Below, piece after piece: positions 1-11,173 of a stretch of DNA of 64,000 nucleotides (the stretch's first letter is position 1; each line of letters begins with the position of its first letter). The notes beneath the pieces are model-generated. The model searched no databases. It was not told the DNA's origin and saw nothing but the letters and a program-made list of their open reading frames with translations. The DNA comes from Octopus sinensis (lineage: Eukaryota): the NCBI RefSeq assembly GCF_006345805.1, contig NC_042998.1:71486001-71550000 (forward strand), in the 5' to 3' direction. A program made the position numbers and the translations under genes.

Positions 1-875
1 ACAAGTATATGACATCTCTTGATACATTAGGAACTCAAATGTAATTCACAAAAATTACTAACACAATGCATTCCTTTGTGTGACGTCTCTCTCGATTTAA
101 ATTCCGTCAACTGAAGTGTGTTTCTGATTTCGTTCACGTCTTAATTACTGTTTCTACTTAATATTAATAATTTACATTGGAGCAGAAGCTTTACACTCGT
201 AGTTACGTCTCACATGTTGTGAGTTCAAGACATGATTAAGTTATTTTTACTTCTGCTCCTTTCGGGGTTCATGATATGAAATAACAATCAAATATTTGAG
301 TCCATGACATTGGTTGCACCCTCCCATTGTTACTGCTGGATGTGTCTAAATCAGAAATCCATATTATCTTCGCTGTGACACTTCCGACAACAGCCTGCAG
401 CTTCATAGCTGTAACCGTTATAGTAACCGTTAGAAACATTAGCGGGACTTCGACGGCGCAGACCGTAGGGATATTTAGACATAAAACAATTAACGTATGT
501 ACCACTAAGACATATTCAGAACGTTTTTATACGTTTATGTAGAAAAGTGTTTGTACTACAATAGCTATATTGGACAATAGTCATTTTAGTTATTTAAAAC
601 ACTGAGAAACATGTTCATATCAATATTTTCTCGCATAAATAATGCAGAATACCATTTTCAGAAATATGTATTTCAAAATTTTCATCGATAAATAATGAAT
701 GAAAATCTTGGGAGAAATTTTCTTGGTGGATAATTTCATATTGACTACAATTTACAGTTTACAGAGGCAAGGCGGCCACATAAATTCCATTTGTGTTTAA
801 GGCGTCCAGCACATGTTCTAAAGACATTAATTTACATAGGCGCGGGAGTGACTGTGTGGTAAGTAGCTTGCTTAC

Positions 876-2927
876 TTCACAACTGAAGAGTTCGCGTGTT
901 TAGACGCTCCAAAGTCACGTCGTTCTACGTAAAAATATTGAGAAACTGAAGCACGACTACAGGTAAGGCGTTTATTTTTTCTTTTAAGGAGCTTAGTGGA
1001 GTCCGTTGGTTCGTAATTAATAACTTTTGACGAGCAAAGGTCTCCATTGGGTTATTCGCCTGCCTGTGATCGTGCAAAAAGACTCACTGTGTTGAGAGAA
1101 TTTTGGTTTTTCAGGGGGCGTATCCCCTCTGAAGATATATGATTTTATGTGACTGTGTGCACTTCGTACATTTTTACCAATTGGAATACAACCAGAATTT
1201 TACCATTTGGTGTATAATCAGGAATTTTTTGCAGTTATTTTCGCGCCGTAAGGGATTTTTAACTGTGCTACAAACGATTCCCTGAGTTGACTTTTGTTGT
1301 CATTTGAACTGCCTGCGTTCGTTCTTTTTGTCTTGTCTGTCTTTCTGCTCTTTTTTGTGTTTGCATTAGAGACTTTTATTTGAACATTTTTTATTTTGTT
1401 GTGAACTTTTATATTTTAGTTTATTCTATTAATGGCAACCAAATATATGAAAGCCTTGGAGTGGTGAATTGTGGCCCGCAAGGAGTGGCTAAAAACTATG
1501 ATGAGAAAAACTATGATGAGAGACCGGGATACCATCTGTGTATTCCCTCAGAGTGAAATTGAAGAAGAGTTGGCAGGATTTGAGCCAACTTATAGGTTCA
1601 TACGTAGGGGTGCACACCCCTATGGAGGCTCAGAAATTTACGAGCCAACCTATAGAGGGGAGGAAGATCTTGTTCCTCCCCACTTATGGTGTGCGTAAAT
1701 TGACAAGAGCCTGGGTGTGTGGTCTGCCACCCGCTATTGTAGCTGAATGGATAGAAGCTTCTATCTGTCGAGGCCCCACCAGGCTCTTGAATGTAAATAT
1801 ACTGCCTGTGGTCGATCGGGTAGGGTCAAAAGCTATTTTGACCCCATGGGTCCAATCGGCCGAAGATCTGGTTTGACCAGATTTCTTGACAATTGACGAT
1901 TCTAGGCACCCGGTGATCATTGAGAGACCCCCTACCCCCAAGTATCACCTGTGCCTGGAATCAGGGCACATGAAGAAGAACTGTTGCCGAGACCAGGTGA
2001 AGGTCCTGGAACAGTTGATTGATGACTGTTAACCCACTGTTCCCTCAACGGAGCCTCGTGCTCCTTCATTTGAGGGAGAGAGTGAGAAAGTCGAGGAGGA
2101 AGTAACCTCCTCGAGAAAAGGTACTAAGAGAAGGAAGGCGGACATAAATGATTGCCCACCGATGGACCCTGAGATGGCGGGAGGGGAGGAGGGACCTCCA
2201 GACATGTCGGAGGAACTCCACCCTTCCGTCACAAAGGGGAAAAGAAAGAAGAAAATGGAAAACGGGACATTGCCGGCGACGGCATGTCCCGAATTCCCTT
2301 CGGTGGGATGTGTGGCACCGAACGGGGAGAAGAAGGAAACCTTGTCGATGGAATGTGTGCCACCGAGCGAGGTAGTTGAGTTCCCTCTCATTGAAAGTGA
2401 TGAGGAATTTGTATTCCTCTATTGCAAGGGAGGTGCGATTGAGGAATATGTGGAATATAACCTTGATAGTTGGGTTCCGATGGACACCATTTTTATTGAC
2501 ATTCCAGAGTGGCCTTCGCAGGTGGCAGCACTGGTACTGGAAAGAAAATATTTTTCTACAGGTCAACATCCTTCCCAAAGGAGGAATACAGATTACTTTA
2601 CTTTGGCTCCGATTGGTGGTTGCGGGAATACCTGCAGGCCGCAGAAGAGTTAATTGTGGGAGTAATGTAAGAGGATTATCGCCTCCATATGTATAAAATT
2701 TGTTTCCTTTGTGATGGACTTCTAGTCCCACTTTTTGTATATATTTGTATGAGGTTTAATACCTCTATATATGTTGTTTGTAACGAACACTGTTTTAGAG
2801 AAGCAGGAAATTGGCGGGCTCTTTCTCTCAACTTTATCATCTTGTATTATTATCATTTTCCTCATTAATCTCTTGTCCAGCCCGCAGCTACGCTGTATAC
2901 TGCCTCTATGGCAAATAAAATGAAATA
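876..2927 (+). mobile_element. Non-autonomous L1/Tx1-like retroelement (ORF1-like frame only) inserted in a SINE head with a 15-bp TSD
   Basis: Direct repeat AAGTAGCTTGCTTAC at 861-875 and 2928-2942. Carries one decayed ORF with a gag-type knuckle. The 3' end GCAAATAAAATGAAATA contains AATAAA. No EN or RT sequence lies between the TSDs. Confidence 0.8.
1431..2653 (+). pseudogene. Decayed ORF1/gag-like protein with a degenerate CCHC knuckle
   Basis: Frame 1538-2653 is continuous except for TGA 1874-1876 and TAA 2030-2032. It contains PDFLTIDDSRHPVIIERPPTPKYHLCLESGHMKKNC (Cx2Cx4Hx4C with first C>Y, 1943-1984), then an acidic/KRKKK region and a C-terminal domain. The N-terminus (ATG 1431) is in another frame. 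Confidence 0.65.
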
Positions 2928-3076
2928 AAGTAGCTTGCTTACCAACCACATGGTGTCCTGGGTTCATTCCCACTGCGTGAAAACTTGGGCAAGTGTCTTC
3001 TACTATAGCCTCAGGCCGACCAAAAACGTGTGAGTGGATTTGGTAGTCGAAAACTGAAAGAAGCCCGTCGTATATA

Positions 3077-3107
<31 letters not shown>

Positions 3108-3109
3108 TA

Positions 3110-3337
3110 CGGAGATGTACTCGCATAGCAAGTAATTTGATCTGAGATCGTGTGCTGAAATGAAAACAATTGCAGCGTGGAAGGTGTTTATAAGCCATTT
3201 AAGAAACACACAAAAGCCGTTCGATTCACTTCAACATTTAAGTTTAATTTGTCAAAATATTTTCGTCGCTAAAATCCGCGACCTGTTCACTGACAAAGTC
3301 CGTGCTGCATCTAAGAAAGTAACAGTTAGTTCGTCAT
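3110..3337. repeat. Unclassified dispersed repeat nested in the SINE's internal (TA)n
   Basis: GATCTGAGATCGTGTGCTGAAATGAAAACAATTGCAGCGTGGAAG recurs in diverged form at ~18820-18930. Confidence 0.55.
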
Positions 3338-4260
3338 ATATATGTACGTATGTATGTGTGTATGTATGCATACATGTGTGTATGTATGTACGTATGCATG
3401 TACGTACATACGCCTGTGTATGCATGTATGTATGTATGTATGTATGTATGTATGTATATATGTATGTGTGTGTATATGCACGCACACACACTCTATAAAA
3501 CATAAAGCTATAAACCTGTAGCGATGGATGGATGTAGAGTGACCACTCATCACAAAGCTATCAAATTTCAACTTCCTACGGCCGAAGCTAGAAAGTGATT
3601 TACGATGCTTACTCCCGAAACTATACCCTAAAATCTATTATCAGATCTTTATCTCTATATCACAGAACTATTGTTTTACTATTGTGCGTATGTATGTATG
3701 TATGTGCGTATGTATGTATGTATGTATGTATGTATGTATGTATGTATGTATGTATGTATGTATGTATGTATGTGTGTATGTACATACGTACGCATGTGCG
3801 TATGTATGTATCCGCGCTCGTATGCATGTGTGTGCGTGGTTGTCCCCCAACATCGCTTGACAACCGATGGTGGTGTGTTTGCGTCCGCGTAACTTAGTGG
3901 TTCGGCAAAAGAAACCGATATACTAAGTACTAGGCTTACAAAGAATAAGTCCTGGGGTGGGTTTGCTCGACTAAAGGCGGTGCTCCAGCATGGTCGCAGT
4001 CAAATGGCTGAAACATGTAAAAGAGCAACAAAATCCAAATGGTGCTTTCTCAGTGGTCTTCTGCTTCCATATTGTAATTTAGGGAATGGATCAACAGGCA
4101 CCCCCACAAACATGCACACAAATACATACATATATGTATAAATATACATACATGTATGTATGCATGCCTGCAAATGTATACACATATGTGTGTGTGTATA
4201 GACACACAGACACATGCATACATGTGTGTATGCAATCGAACGTACTTTACTCCAGTAGTG

Positions 4261-5521
4261 TATTGAGTTGGCAAGAAAGTAATTAGTTTGAAATAAGTCA
4301 TATTTTTTCGTACAAAGAATGATCTTAAATCAATTATAAATATTCCATTTTCTTCGATGATTTTTTGCCATTTTCCCGGCAACTTCATGATTCTGATCCT
4401 AATCAGCCCAAAACTAAAGCAAGTGCGATTTCAGGTCGTTATCATTATTGAAGGTTTTACCTTGCAAAGAACTTCGAAATAAATGGTAATCTGAAGGTGC
4501 AAGATTAGGGCTATATGGTGCGGGTAACTCACCTCCCAACTTAGCTCAAATAATTTTTTCACGAGTAAGCAAAGACGTGTGTGGTCTAGCGTTGCGTTGT
4601 CATAGTGGAACACGATTCCTTGACGATTTGCCAATTCTGACTGTTTTTACTTGATTGCTTCCTTCAATTTCGTTAGTTGTTGGAAGCAAACATCTGAATA
4701 GATCTTTTGGGCCGTTGGAAGCAGTTCAAAATTCAAAACATCTTCGTAATCCCCCCTCCCCAAATTTATAGCATAACTTTTTTTATGCAATTCAGCTTTC
4801 GCTGGAGCTTGTGCTGGTTCATTACGCTTGGACCCTGATGGTTTTCTATTGATGTTATTGTAGACAATCCATTTTTCAACACCAGTGGTAATTCCTTTCA
4901 AAAAATGGTCGATATCATTGCGTTTGCGATGCATATCGCAATATAGTGATTCGTTGTGTCACGTGAAACTCTTTCAATTGAAGTGGAACACAAATATCGA
5001 GCTTCGTAAGGGGACCATAACATTTTAAGTGATTTTCAATTGTTATATGTGAAACATTTAATTTCTCTGCAATCTTTCGCACAGTTATATGACAATCAGA
5101 TTCAATTATGGCTTTCATTTGGACATCCTCAGCTTCAGTAGGTTGACTAGAACTTTGGTCATCTTTGAATGCACAATTTGCAGAATGGAACTTTAAAATA
5201 TTTTTACTTGTGCGTTCTATTAAGCAATTATCACCATAAACCTCACATATCTCTTTGGGAGCTTCAGCAGCTTTCTTACATTTACGGAAATATAAAAAAT
5301 TAAAATATGGCGAAAATGTTCGTTTTTGCACTCCATGTTAAAACTGACACTGAACTATCAGCTGTACACAAAATTACGCGCAATTTGCTTCTAAAGTAAG
5401 CTAAAAGTAACGGCTATCAAATGTCAAAAGGAAAAAGATATAACATTAAGAAAAGTCATTCAAAAAAATCTTAAATCTATCTATTTGCGAAAAACGAAAT
5501 TACTACCTTACCAACCCAATA
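4261..5521 (-). mobile_element. Mariner (Tc1/mariner) DNA transposon, full length but decayed
   Basis: TIRs TATTGAGTTGGCAAGAAAGTAATT (4261) and AATTACTACCTTACCAACCCAATA (to 5521) with TA ends. Minus-strand ORF pieces (KAAEAPKEICEVYG, SDCHITVRKIAEKLNVSH, LDICVPLQL, GITTGVEKWIVYNN, FHYDNA, YPHHIALI) match mariner HTH, WVPHEL, D,D34D and YSPDL motifs, with frameshifts. Confidence 0.93.
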
Positions 5522-5968
5522 TAAATACATCCTGAAGTTATTGCACTTAGCACTTAGTAAATTGTAATGACTATGTTTATATCTCATTTAAACTAGGTGA
5601 TGTAGAACCATCATAGTCAATTTGCATCAACTGTCGTACAGTTTATTCTCTTAATTTCAAACAAACTATCGACAGTGTGCGTGTAGCTACGACTGGTTAT
5701 ATAAACATACGACAAATTACTTGTGTATGTAGCTATAAACATGTAAGAACACAATTGCTTCGCTAGTTCTTAATTTCTAGCGAGTACATTTTTTTGTTTC
5801 GTTTATAAAATTTGTTTTCTCTTGTCTGCAGGCATTTTTTGTTATATGTGATTCTTTACAGCGGTGGGAATTTTTTAGCTGTTGTACAGTTCTAATAATT
5901 GTTTTCTTTTCATTTGGATGCTTGTCTTACATTTTTTTTGTCTCTGTAATTATTCAGTCATTATTCAG

Positions 5969-6076
5969 TACAAGACAAAGTATTGGTGAGTATATATCCA
6001 TTTGCAGACGCTTTCACATTTGTAAAGTCTTATGTGGTCAGTGTTCTGGTCGAGCAAATGCTGTCGATATTTTCAG
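5969..6076 (+). CDS. Candidate 108-nt symmetric exon (unidentified gene)
   Basis: Pyrimidine-rich acceptor (TTTTTTTTGTCTCTG...TTATTCAG) and donor CAG|GTAAGC. Two open frames: TRQSIGEYISICRRFHICKVLCGQCSGRANAVDIF or QDKVLVSIYPFADAFTFVKSYVVSVLVEQMLSIFS. Confidence 0.3.
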
Positions 6077-6224
6077 GTAAGCACAGCAGTACGTATAGAT
6101 GCAGTCCTAAATACTAAAGGGAATTTTCATCAATTTGGAGTTTGGTGTGAAAAAAGAATGTTATCAAGAACACAGGATTCAGTGATATATTTTTTTATTA
6201 ACAAAATTATTGAAACCACCACCA

Positions 6225-6580
6225 GGTTTGGCTGTGTGGTAAGTAGCTTGCTTACCAACCACATGGTTCTGGGTTCAGTCCCACTGTGTGGCATCTTGGG
6301 CAAGTGTCTTTGCTAGACGGAAACTGAAAGAAGCCTGTCGTATATATGTATATATATATGTATGTGTGTGTATATGTTTGTGTGTCTGTGTTTGTCCCCC
6401 TAGCATTGCTTGACAACTGACGCTGGTGTGTTTACGTCCCCATCACTTAGCGTTTGGCAAAAGAGTACGATAGAATAAGTACTGGACTTACAAAGAATAA
6501 GTCCCAGAGTCGATTTGCTCGACAAAAGGCGGTGCTCCAGCATGGCCGCAGTCAAATGACAAACAAGTAAAAGAGAAAGA
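6225..6580 (+). mobile_element. tRNA-derived SINE family A, unsplit head
   Basis: TGGCTGTGTGGTAAGTAGCTTGCTTACCAACCACATGGTTCTGGGTTCAGTCCC ... GGCGGTGCTCCAGCATGGCCGCAGTCAAATGAC. Shows the empty target site of the 876-2927 insertion. Confidence 0.88.
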
Positions 6581-6689
6581 GAAAGAGAGATACAAAAGTA
6601 CAGATTTTAGGAAGACACAGAATCTTGGGAATATCATAACCATAAAACCTGCTGAATTTCTCTTGAGAAGGTATACTTTTATATCTTTT

Positions 6690-7135
6690 ACCTTCCTTTA
6701 CCCGTTTTAGTCACTAAGCTGCGGCCATGTCCCAACATGGCCGCAGCTTAGTGGCTTAAAGAAAATTTAGTTGAATGATTCGATCCCATTTTAAAAAAAT
6801 TTGGTATTTATTCTATCGATCGGTTTTGCTGAACCGCTATGTTACTGGACGTAAACAAACCAATACCTGTTTTGAACAGGCGGTGGGGAACAAACGTAGA
6901 CACAAAGATGCACTTACACACGCGCGTGCACACACGCACTCACATACACACACATATAGATATATACGACAGAGTATTTTCTGATTCTGTCGAAAAAATA
7001 CACTGTGAAAGCTTTGGTCAGCCTAAGGCTATCGTAGTAGCTAGAAGATACTTGACCAAAGTACTACGCAGTAGGACTGAACCCGGAAATGTGTGAATCC
7101 GAAGTAAGTATCTCGAAGACACGCTTGCGCATACA
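6690..7135 (-). mobile_element. SINE family A, degraded, with a local fold-back near its 3' end
   Basis: Reverse-complement similarity to 6225-6580; 19-bp perfect inverted repeat at 6712-6730/6735-6753. Confidence 0.7.
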
Positions 7136-10100
7136 TGCGCCGAAAAATCTCATATATGATAGCATTAATTTGATCAAAGTTCTTATTTTGTACAAATAGC
7201 TTTAAAAATGTCAGTGTCAACTAACAAAGGGAATTCTTTACTGCAGATTTTGAGTACCCTTTCAAAGAGATTTTTAAAAAATATAATTCCTGTTAAAAAT
7301 TGATGCCCCTTGCGATAAAAAAATTTTATCGAAATTGTATTGACAGCAAGTTATTTATGATCTGCAATTCTTTTTTTCCGCATATGCTTGGATTTATGAG
7401 CGGAACTTTCCCTATAGGTGGTCTCAAAACATATGGAGGGCGCCCATGACACAATCTAGACTAGTATTTTGATTAACATGACAAGTAATGTGCAAATAAA
7501 TCTACAAGAACAAACTACCGTTGTAATGCACATAAATATGTTTAATTGAAAACTCGTTAATCAATTTGCTGATGGAATATTGGAATAATTTGCATATACT
7601 AACGCTAAAAGACATCAGCATAATTATCAATAATTAGGCATGGGTGTCTTTATACGGGTGTTCGGGCAAATTTTGGACACTAAATAACGTATATTCCATT
7701 TTGTAAGCAGTTTTATGGTATCTTCCTTTAATACTGAACTGTCCAAATTCAAAAGTGCCTGTACAATCTCCAAATACATTATTATTGCAATATGTGCCAG
7801 TTACAGCTGTTGTGCTTGTGTCATTAAGAATATCATATGACATGTATAGGGTATATCACGTCCATATTGCTGTAGGTAATGCGACGATCGTATGTCAATG
7901 AAAATATATTAATCTAGTTTTAAATATTGCTTTCAAATTAGAAAAAAAGAAGTACGTTTAAATATTTTACTCAAAATTAATTTCACGTCACGTTTTAAGA
8001 TGAATGTTTTATTGCTTCAGCTAATGATTATTATGTCTTTTTTATTCCAGTATTTTTCTTCCTATGTTTCATCGGAAGTTAATCTAAATTAAATAACAGA
8101 TTTGATACATACAAATGTATCTCATTATGTGCTGACATGAAACGTAGCTGCATCCTAAATTTACACATTATAAAGGCTCTCCATTAATTGCATGTATTGA
8201 CTGTAAATCTATTCGAGGCACTATTGAAATACATGGAATTAAATGGAAGGGTGTAGTGAACCATTGATTGGCATGTTTGCGCTCACTTTCAGTTGAAACC
8301 TCCATCAAGGATATTCGTCACGAATTAAATGTAATTAAACACACAAACGCACGTATTACATACTCAGAGACACACATAGACACAGGCATATAACCAAAAG
8401 AAGGAAATTCAATATGAAAATATATTTCTTATTCGTTAGATTAATTCCTGAAATGTTTAGCAATTTATTTTACTGAAATACTTGTTAATAATAGGAAATG
8501 TATTATAGTTTTCATGAAAAGATGCATTAATGAATTCAAGAATTTATGAATGTGTAATGACTTCCAATCAGTTATAATCAATTAACGCTTGATGTTAAAT
8601 TATTGAAATGTTAATTACTCGCCATTAAAGGCCACTTTAGCTATGAAATTGAGGTTCCCGAAGTAACAGTATCGCTAAGCAGGCGTAATTATTTACATAA
8701 ATGTCATAGATGTTGCAACGTATAATTGCAAAGATTAAGAAATTAATTCTGATTTCCTTTTCTGTTTCATTCCTTCTGTTATATAATCCCGCTTTCTGTA
8801 TTCCATCATAACCTTATCACATGTTGCTGCTACAATATATATACGATGTATGTACGCATTCATGTATATGTGTGCGTGTGTGCGTGGACATTGTGTATAA
8901 CATTAACGTTATGCACAATATGAATGTTCACGAAATCATCAATGTTATCGGTATGATAATACCTATAATTTATAAATCTAAATGCTGCATATTTAGACAT
9001 CTTTCCCTGAATTGTCCTCAACATACTCCTGTCACCACTACGAGCTAACGAAAAGAGAGTCTCTATATGCTCGCTGTATCTGTCAGAAATACGTGTTTCA
9101 TCGCCATCAATTCACACAGTAAAGAAATGGCATTTAATAGAACGCAAGTTACATAATGCATGAGAACAATTGGGATGTTTGCCTCTGGAATGCATCGAAC
9201 AGGATTCATATGAATCTAAATATCATCATAAACGACAATATAAAGGAGGAAACTACCTATCTTACAAACCAAGGAGAGTGTATCTATCTAGTCGCTTTTT
9301 ATGCTAGAAAGCAATAAATTTGCTCCAATCACAACTTACCATTCTTAAACAACAAGGCTTCATTGAAAAGCGTAGTCTTCCATCGACAATCATGGAAATG
9401 ATCAAGATGGCACTATTATGAACACAAGATTACTTTAATAGGGCTGACCTACGACTAAGCAAAAGAACTACTCATATGTGAATGCTCACTGTTAATAGAC
9501 TACATCTCGATAAATACGACATTGCTTCGAACAAATTTACTCCCCCTGTAGCTGTTGGAGCTATCGCTACTGGTGCTGCTGCAGCTATTACAATTACTAG
9601 TACTACTGATACGATTACCGCTATTATAACGAATACTAACATTTATTGCATAAATCTTGACGGACGCATTAGTTATAATTTAGATATCCTAATAACAGGT
9701 TTAACCTTATAAAATACATTTTTACCATTATACGTTTTTAAACTGGTGCTGTAAGCGATAAAGGAATTGTTGGTTTTAATCCTTCTGAAGAGAAATTTAA
9801 GAACGCAAGTTAATCAGATTCAAAAGAGAAGTGAACCCAAAACGGTCATGGTGTAAACAAAAATAAATACTTCGTGGGAGTCAGGAAATGAATGAAACCA
9901 ATCATAGAATATATCTGAATTTCGTTAGTTGTTTAACACTAAATATTGATCCGACAGCTAGAAGGTTTCTCTTCTTATGCGAAGGTAAATATTCCTTTGT
10001 GTATTATGTGAAACGCATTTCGCTGTAAAATGCAGAAGCTTTTTATATTAGAAGAATATAGTAAACCAATGAAAACTGGAACAAAGGCGAACATATTTTA

Positions 10101-10960
10101 AGGTTTGTCATGCTTGCCTTTATACGCCTGATTTATCATAAAAGTAATTCTTTTGTTTATAAACCATTACAGATTCACCTCGCTTGGAATGTTTAGCACT
10201 GCACTTCGTCAAAATTACCCTTTTGATCTTCAACTTTTTCTCGTAGAATAACAGGCTTCTATATATTTACAATCAGCACTGACTGTAGCAAACAATTGTA
10301 AGTAATTACATAAGATATCAAAGACATTCCATCAGAAGTCGATGTATGAATGGACTGAAATTTACTGGCTTCGAGTTTTCATTTGAGGTAATGATACCTT
10401 GCATATATGAAATTTTCCCCCGACATTTCTTCATTGATCGACATCAAATCTATGCTTAATCGGTTACGTAGCATATATTGAAAGAAAGAAAACTAAAATG
10501 AAGGAATACCTAGCAATTTTGCAGCAGCTGGCCTGAAATATGTAATGATGAGTAATCGGGCTGATAGTGAAACTGATTGGTTCGTTTGGGTTTCTATAGA
10601 CATGTAACTATTCAGCTGTTGCTGCAAAATGTTCAACCTAAAATATATACAACATTGAATAAAATATTACGGAAATATGCCTTTTAAAATTGCAGGTCGA
10701 TGCTTTTTTTTATGTAGAAGTATTCGATAATACATTATTATCTACAAAATTAGTAGTTCTCATAGGTCTGTTAAATAATTAGCAGATTTTATTTGAATAA
10801 ATGGTGTCATTATAAATATGACACTAATTTCGATGTGAAATACAAATTAGAAACAATTATAAGAGTCCCTGTCAGCTATTAGTTTTTCGCTCTCATATGT
10901 ATTATTCTACAAATATTAGATCATGTAGCATGGAATTCAATGGACATATGTACCATGAAT

Positions 10961-11173
10961 TCTTTTCTACTCAAGGCACAAGACCCGCAATGTTTGAGGG
11001 AGTGGCCAGTCGGTTAGATCGACTCCAGTACGCAACTGGTACTTAATTTATCGACCCCGAAAGGATGAAAGGCAAAGTCGACCTCAGCGGAACTTGAAAT
11101 CCGAACATAAAGACAGACGAAATACCTCCAAGCATTTTGCCCGGCGTGTTAACGTTTCTGACAGCTCGCCGCC
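10961..11173 (-). mobile_element. tRNA-derived SINE family B
   Basis: Reverse complement reads GGCGGCGAGCTG...GTTAACACGCCGGGCAAAATGCTT...GAGGTCGACTTTGCCTTTCATCCTTTCGGGGTCGATAAATTAAGTACCAG; many copies in the window. Confidence 0.85.

Larger units (their letters stand above)
839..4025 (+). mobile_element. tRNA-derived SINE (family A), split by nested insertions
   Basis: Head GGCGCGGGAGTGACTGTGTGGTAAGTAGCTTGCTTAC (839-875) resumes at 2943 as CAACCACATGG...GGGTTCATTCCC (B-box-like). An internal microsatellite follows, then the 3' body ...GGCGGTGCTCCAGCATGGTCGCAGTCAAATGGCTGAAAC (to ~4025). An unsplit copy is at 6225-6580. Confidence 0.85.

Noticed and set aside
245-505. Two CxxCH-like motifs on the minus strand (GCCRKCHS, GGCNQCHG), suggesting a c-type cytochrome
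   Set aside because: They are in different frames separated by stops, in eukaryotic repeat-rich DNA, with no coherent ORF; chance or a decayed relic.
7634-7843. 69-aa protein-like minus-strand ORF (TYCNNNVFGDCTGTFEFG...)
   Set aside because: There is an in-frame stop just upstream, no convincing acceptor in frame and no recognisable family. It may be a very old GIY-YIG/PLE relic, but this cannot be supported.
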